Assembly: GCA_048884785.1 (NCBI GenBank)
Contig: JBHLQM010000079.1
Location: 1 to 12,127 of the forward strand
Origin: Candidatus Thorarchaeota archaeon
GTDB lineage: Archaea > Asgardarchaeota > Thorarchaeia > Thorarchaeales > Thorarchaeaceae
Reading direction: 5' to 3'
DNA length: 12,127 nucleotides
Below, one piece after another: positions 7,701 to 12,127 of the stretch (position 1 is the first letter of the stretch; the number at the start of each line of letters is the position of its first letter). The notes under the pieces are model-generated. The model was given only the letters and a program-made list of their open reading frames with translations. It did no database searches and had not been told where the DNA came from. The translations under genes were made by a program, and so were the position numbers.

Positions 7701-8418
7701 GCTTCCTGATTCTATCAGACTCGAATACCAGATGCAGTATTTGGAAACCTCAGGATCAATTGGTTATGCTATCAGATTGAATGAGATTGATATTGTTAGA
7801 AAGACTGGAGCAAACATCACAATCTATCTGAGCGGCTCGGTTCAACCCAGGGTCACAATAATGAAGTATAATATAACTACAACGCCTCATGTTCTTGATC
7901 TCAATACAGGCTTGGAGCAATCGGAGGCCGCTTTGGGTATCTATCTGGATATCACCATTCAATTCTATGGAGCCACCATGAACGCTTTCGAAGGAGCACT
8001 AATTCAATTATTCTATAAAGAATCAGATCTTGATCTAACTGGAAATGGTCAGCTTGGCGACCTTGGAGACATCAATGAAACAAGTCTCTCAGTGTACTAC
8101 TTTGATGAGAACGAAGAAAGATGGATCAAACTTACTGAAGACTTACCTTGGGTGCTATCCATAGGCCAGAATACAACCAATGTTGAGATCTATGGAGAAA
8201 ACTATGCTGGATATTTGTGGGTGCAAGTAACAGAACTGCGCCTATTTGCCCTAGCTGGACAAGTGCTCCAGGCGCAGCTGTATGACCCTTGGATGACTGT
8301 CATAGCTCTGCTAATCGCAGCAGTAGCGTCTGTTGGCGCAATAATCACATTCAGAAAATACAGAAGCCGCGGAAGGGACGAGAGTTACGGAAGGCTATTG
8401 AGTGAACTACAAGGCTAG
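1744..8418 (+). CDS. Giant (~2,224 aa) secreted, C-terminally anchored multidomain surface glycoprotein with TSP3-like Ca2+-binding repeats, fascin-like domain, hydrophobic toxin-like core and NHL beta-propeller
   Basis: Uninterrupted ORF. ATG 1744 gives a signal peptide MKKKINILVAALFIILFVG (alternative start 1729). About 22 DxDxDGxxD motifs fall in four blocks, and there are six NHL-like blades and many N-x-S/T sequons. The C-terminal TM (WMTVIALLIAAVASVGAIITF) is followed by RKYRSRGR. Confidence 0.95.
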   Translation: MKKKINILVAALFIILFVGSDLRTISSYGETVSSPSVDVGNREIKRVLSSTPPPRTPVDLRELVIELLSVTPLSNQSDSDGDLLYDVVEAVIGTDPTQSDTDYDQLTDYNEIMLFGTDPKLPDSNDDGLFDYDEVSVTLDLDNDAIPNAWDFDNDNDGVNDASDLSPMAKSHTLPSIPISVHTDGEPTYITFQLVPADIEHLRFIYQTWDWEDDDHDGQMQDLDGSKDDISLIPYLRLEGNIFPDQVDMDEFGILGPDEVGGMWQSVSAISVPLSPVFEFENIVAFNGRILYASSTPADIYFQAKLEWRVIGETDVTASNMKIGDDYISYGQEMIAIANVSDEYNAAFVEWITLSETASISTIAIKIIDGPYLAVAPDSKTLVFNSTNLGVRETFRYYKNQKWLEDCNGNFTSVKSDGTWGLIPYAGAGSLLSVIDRIDTVYARSIPLVKYTEPFKLTGLTVQEFYGTDVGIFYNVTDKNQTIAGHWLMDYRFVNNATTTLEDMPTLLQDNDVAVSHLTSTVRDKYESLVELRENLVPVALDSAASGEVIPITIAIEDSSKIVDFSETLTATYILSGTCSVNLASADLVTSKSLKMNWYNSSTYTGLSQVEITSELLTWGLDGNATFNLQLALMRWHTGENKITKVNAVEQIMDTFDASELDTISYIGLVGLETFTLAGKFITIYKNWKYLKEIANPEFYDLMLHCLYKMTGGVMSKTSMTTYLFKNSKFLATLRFGDQLTDCVKSSKYAMSFKDFESALFVIGIIVEIGLGIAAGCMIADQIGGSAGREFGTAYGILAVIVGVWLAGVYALIGTIPFIGWLISLGCAIYDATTNFSQNMIVKWVQGLYGNICRLGQTIPNVFVENVPTITPYDFDHNGVDVGDFIVVNGTLWNEIDVVIKYLPTFWDMFDIENTFQFAILMLLMSSPDYFPANSEYLSWILPYVDIIAPEGSNSYTQQAPSTYWEYLWKMVQDYLLGGLETLDYRHEYFHNSQGHHYVYQREYAYNSWIMPGIAMADFPITTRITASYRLSNWWWHCPVWYFGAKCYHTDWFANYTQFSVNTQYYDIFPGTLNDFLSWKEIKLNDQDGDGLNETQEIALGTSPVDYDTDADGLDDKYEIDHGYNPTWYDTDSDKVTDWYELVYGTNVTDSDTDQDGLSDFEELSGWIISFNYLNNASLPFQIHVTSDPRTNDSDGDAIDDFIEFRCGTNPRSNDTNGDSVLDSSIQALVVSVANYETHTDINDMSWIWDESPPTAVRDIVDDIAIDDDGNLYISWGSPYGGYYHGLKKFYPNLTEIILPSTSYFTVGDSSEIDGITLEIAVDDVNDWLYIWTYRWDWVLNLVRYNLDGSELNATVYSEAITPIQTEPDLIPSYPIYRCNLDIDINGKIYISKYQYLRQGANGADPPFMVYDSSGTSLVNWSTFGITEATFDNPVAVTVDDVRGFAYIADNDDHGGTTRIIKRSLDGSYIDSFPATFDSIIDLDTDSYGYVYALCNMSDEYCVRRFDSNGLEDVAFTLYGNSTSNFYGPEALAISSADEIYVVDTIGGSAPGVSRIWKFTQDITLVSETVSDANSDWDNDGLTNVQEISGWDITVEFSHGSETFRVTSNYLMNDTDLDGLGDYLEFTLGSNPNIPDTDLDGITDHHEWWASMYPDVPYMPPTFSPIMQPPGQYSSSMSMALIGPSLTNWDTDGDLLRDGIEYTFGSSPVNPDMDGDGLSDLTEFLYNSNPNSTDTDLDGASDAEELAGNSSLLSPDSDSDLIFDGTEYDMGTNATDIDSDGDGIPDGYELIYVIDPMNADSDGDGVPDDIELSLYLDPRSNDTDKDGVPDGTELATGSNPWSVDSDYDGIPDGEDSDTLEPWDGTIILVLEPNPSNETLDFVSTLQGYSDVILASVDELLSDYSDEPYVVLVGQPDPNSYSVEGLMYDLLVDTGDILDRMMEEYSRSVATRLGVWTETQTVLMLASAFPEDALLILQLLKGRNATVLPDSIRLEYQMQYLETSGSIGYAIRLNEIDIVRKTGANITIYLSGSVQPRVTIMKYNITTTPHVLDLNTGLEQSEAALGIYLDITIQFYGATMNAFEGALIQLFYKESDLDLTGNGQLGDLGDINETSLSVYYFDENEERWIKLTEDLPWVLSIGQNTTNVEIYGENYAGYLWVQVTELRLFALAGQVLQAQLYDPWMTVIALLIAAVASVGAIITFRKYRSRGRDESYGRLLSELQG
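1975..2247 (+). repeat. Ca2+-binding repeat block 1 (5 DxDxD motifs)
   Basis: DSDGDLLYD, DTDYDQLTD, DSNDDGLFD, DLDNDAIPN, DNDNDGVND, the first ones joined by GTDP linkers. Confidence 0.85.
4999..5412 (+). repeat. Ca2+-binding repeat block 2 (6 motifs)
   Basis: DQDGDGLNE, DTDADGLDD, DTDSDKVTD, DTDQDGLSD, DSDGDAIDD, DTNGDSVLD. Confidence 0.85.
5521..6420 (+). other. NHL-like six-bladed beta-propeller domain within the giant protein
   Basis: Blades: DIAIDDDGNLYIS, EIAVDDVNDWLYI, LDIDINGKIYIS, FDNPVAVTVDDVRGFAYIAD, DLDTDSYGYVYAL, FYGPEALAISSADEIYVVDT. These match the NHL pattern F..P.giavd..g.iyVaD. Confidence 0.8.
6469..7320 (+). repeat. Ca2+-binding repeat blocks 3-4 (3 + 8 motifs; 22-aa/66-nt period in block 4), separated by a Pro-rich linker
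   Basis: DTDGDLLRDGIEYTFGSSPVNP / DMDGDGLSDLTEFLYNSNPNST / DTDLDGASDAEELAGNSSLLSP / DSDSDLIFDGTEYDMGTNATDI etc.; resembles bacterial thrombospondin type-3-like repeats. Confidence 0.88.
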
Positions 8419-8423
8419 CGCAT

Positions 8424-8443
8424 GGGGGAGATGATTCTCCCCC
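8424..8443. terminator. GC-rich hairpin between convergent stops; probable bidirectional terminator or 3'-end structure
   Basis: GGGGGAGA-tgat-TCTCCCCC (8-bp perfect stem) in the 31-nt gap between TAG(8418) and the ligA TGA(8450). There is no long T tract. Confidence 0.65.
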
Positions 8444-8449
8444 GTTAAA

Positions 8450-10573
<2,124 letters not shown>

Positions 10574-10577
10574 CTAT

Positions 10578-10631
10578 TGAATGCATTCATATGCCCTACT
10601 CCAAGAAGAAGTTTTGCTCACCATATATTAA
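10578..10631 (-). promoter_or_regulatory. Candidate ligA promoter region: TATA-like element plus 12-bp palindrome
   Basis: Minus strand TTAATATAT at 10631-10623; perfect palindrome TGAATGCATTCA at 10578-10589. Confidence 0.3.
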
Positions 10632-10670
10632 CCCCACACAGGAAACTTCGTGAATTACCAATATGGATTT

Positions 10671-12127
10671 TTAAAGATTTCTCAATTCCATTGCCATACT
10701 TACGCTTCCCGCCTTTTTCGCAGGATAATAGCACGCAGCAAGAAGAACAGTGAATTCACCTGCAATTACTATGAATGTCAGAAGGGCTGGTATGGACACT
10801 ATTTCAGGCAGGATTGGTGAGAATGGAGATATACTGAGTACTAGGGATGTTGATGCGTATCCAAATATGGCACCCATCCCGAAACTCAATATCATTGCAG
10901 ATATTACAAGTCCTGCAAATTCGCTGAACACCATTGTGTAAATCTGATAATGAGTTGCCCCAACTGCCCTCATTATTGCATACTCGGGTTTCCTCTCTTC
11001 GATTGCTGCGCCAAAGAATAATCCAATTGATGCAATTGCCATCAAGATACAGACTAGAGAACCAATCAATGTAATCCCTTGCAGTCCAGAAACAAAACGT
11101 TTGACTTCAAAGTAGATTGGATTTTGCCGAGAAAAGAAGACTTGCTCATCTACATAAATCAGCCTTTCTCTTTCGGGGATCAAATCCCAATGCGGAGTGT
11201 CTACTCTAACATCATAGGAAGCTAGTAGGGTATCACACAGGTCTGAAAACCCTGTGTCCAAGTCTGCAGAAATAAAGAAGAGGCTGGCTGCGGATTCTCC
11301 GAAGATATGGGTGAGGAATTCAATATTAACAAGCATGAATCCATCTTGGCTCACTTGGTATCCTAGGTTTAACGCGATTGAATCTTCTTTTGATTCAAGC
11401 GGATGAGCATAGCCAAATCCTGGAGCACTTCTCATCGTATCAACAATCAAGAGATCGTACGGAAGATAATTGGCAACTCTTACTCGAATAGTGTCCCCAA
11501 TTGTTTTGTTCAGATATTTAGAATATTCTTCAGATACAATGACTCCATTGAAATTGCTTTCAAGGGCATTTAGTGCATCGCTAGGTGTTGAATGCGGGAA
11601 TGTACTTGCTCCAAATGTGCCAATCTTCGAATATTTGCTTGGGACTATTCCTTTGAGAAAAACACGATCCGATTCTACTGAAACGATTCGACTCATTACT
11701 GGCATTGCAGAATCAATGCCTTCGTAGTCTTCTAGTTCCTCTGCAAATTCCAATTGGTATGGAATATAGCATTCCAATCTTATATCCGCGCCATAGGAGT
11801 ATGTTACATCTGCATGCATTGTGGCCTCAAAACTGGAGCTTTGAATGAGCATCATTATTGAGGTTGTAAATGATAGTGAAAGAATGATCATTAAAGGAAT
11901 GAATTTGCCATGCCTTCTCCTTAGGCTTTGGATCACATAGAGAACCCTCTCACCCATTTTTTGCTCCATTTTGCTATAGAGCGATGAAACTGATAGTTGA
12001 ACAACTCTTGAACCCAAGTAGGATGCAATGAACAGTATGAGTGTGATAAGGAGCAGCCCCTCAATCCCACCCAATCGGAAGGGGATTGGAATACTAGGTA
12101 TCAAGAGCGTCGCTAGTATTACCGCCA
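10671..12127 (-). CDS. FtsX/MacB-family ABC transporter permease, C-terminal part (5'-truncated by window edge)
   Basis: The frame is open to the window edge (AVILATLLIPSIP...). It shows TM helices, a YGADIR motif at the start of an extracellular domain, the FtsX signature ERKPEYAIMRAVGAT, and a terminal YYPAKKAGSVSMAMELR. Confidence 0.9.
   Translation of the reverse strand, partial: AVILATLLIPSIPIPFRLGGIEGLLLITLILFIASYLGSRVVQLSVSSLYSKMEQKMGERVLYVIQSLRRRHGKFIPLMIILSLSFTTSIMMLIQSSSFEATMHADVTYSYGADIRLECYIPYQLEFAEELEDYEGIDSAMPVMSRIVSVESDRVFLKGIVPSKYSKIGTFGASTFPHSTPSDALNALESNFNGVIVSEEYSKYLNKTIGDTIRVRVANYLPYDLLIVDTMRSAPGFGYAHPLESKEDSIALNLGYQVSQDGFMLVNIEFLTHIFGESAASLFFISADLDTGFSDLCDTLLASYDVRVDTPHWDLIPERERLIYVDEQVFFSRQNPIYFEVKRFVSGLQGITLIGSLVCILMAIASIGLFFGAAIEERKPEYAIMRAVGATHYQIYTMVFSEFAGLVISAMILSFGMGAIFGYASTSLVLSISPFSPILPEIVSIPALLTFIVIAGEFTVLLAACYYPAKKAGSVSMAMELRNL

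Noticed and set aside
1554-7962. Short alternative-frame and antisense ORFs overlapping the giant gene (1554-1814, 2354-2599, 3567-3782, 3840-4076, 4574-4807, 5407-5598, 5925-6128, 6756-7094, 7058-7339, 7220-7444, 7500-7682, 7756-7962)
   Set aside because: They are shadow ORFs with no motifs. The Ser/Pro-rich ones mirror the Asp/Gly repeats on the opposite strand.
1-8418. Diversity-generating retroelement TR/VR pair between the paralog C-termini
   Set aside because: Differences are not adenine-specific, identity is too low, and there is no reverse transcriptase in the window.

Overview
Prokaryotic window, probably archaeal (Asgard/Thorarchaeota-like by inference from gene style only). It contains the 3' end of one large membrane-anchored surface-protein gene (1-1212, +) and a complete ~2,224-aa paralog (1744-8418, +). 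The paralog has a signal peptide, about 22 DxDxDG Ca2+-binding repeats, a fascin-like beta-trefoil, a toxin-like hydrophobic core, an NHL beta-propeller and a C-terminal TM anchor. Next come a convergent NAD+-dependent DNA ligase (ligA, -) and a 5'-truncated FtsX/MacB-type permease (-). The main hidden feature is in the spacer between the paralogs. It holds a decayed 3' fragment of ligA (1245-1412) that begins at a 34-bp direct repeat (33/34 identical to 9270-9303 inside the intact ligA) and reproduces the same stop-hairpin-stop geometry seen at 8416-8452. The 7.9-kb unit [giant surface gene + ligA 3' portion] therefore looks like a cassette that integrated into ligA and replaced its 3' end. 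This suggests ligA-anchored stacking of giant surface/toxin-like genes, with no integrase inside the unit.
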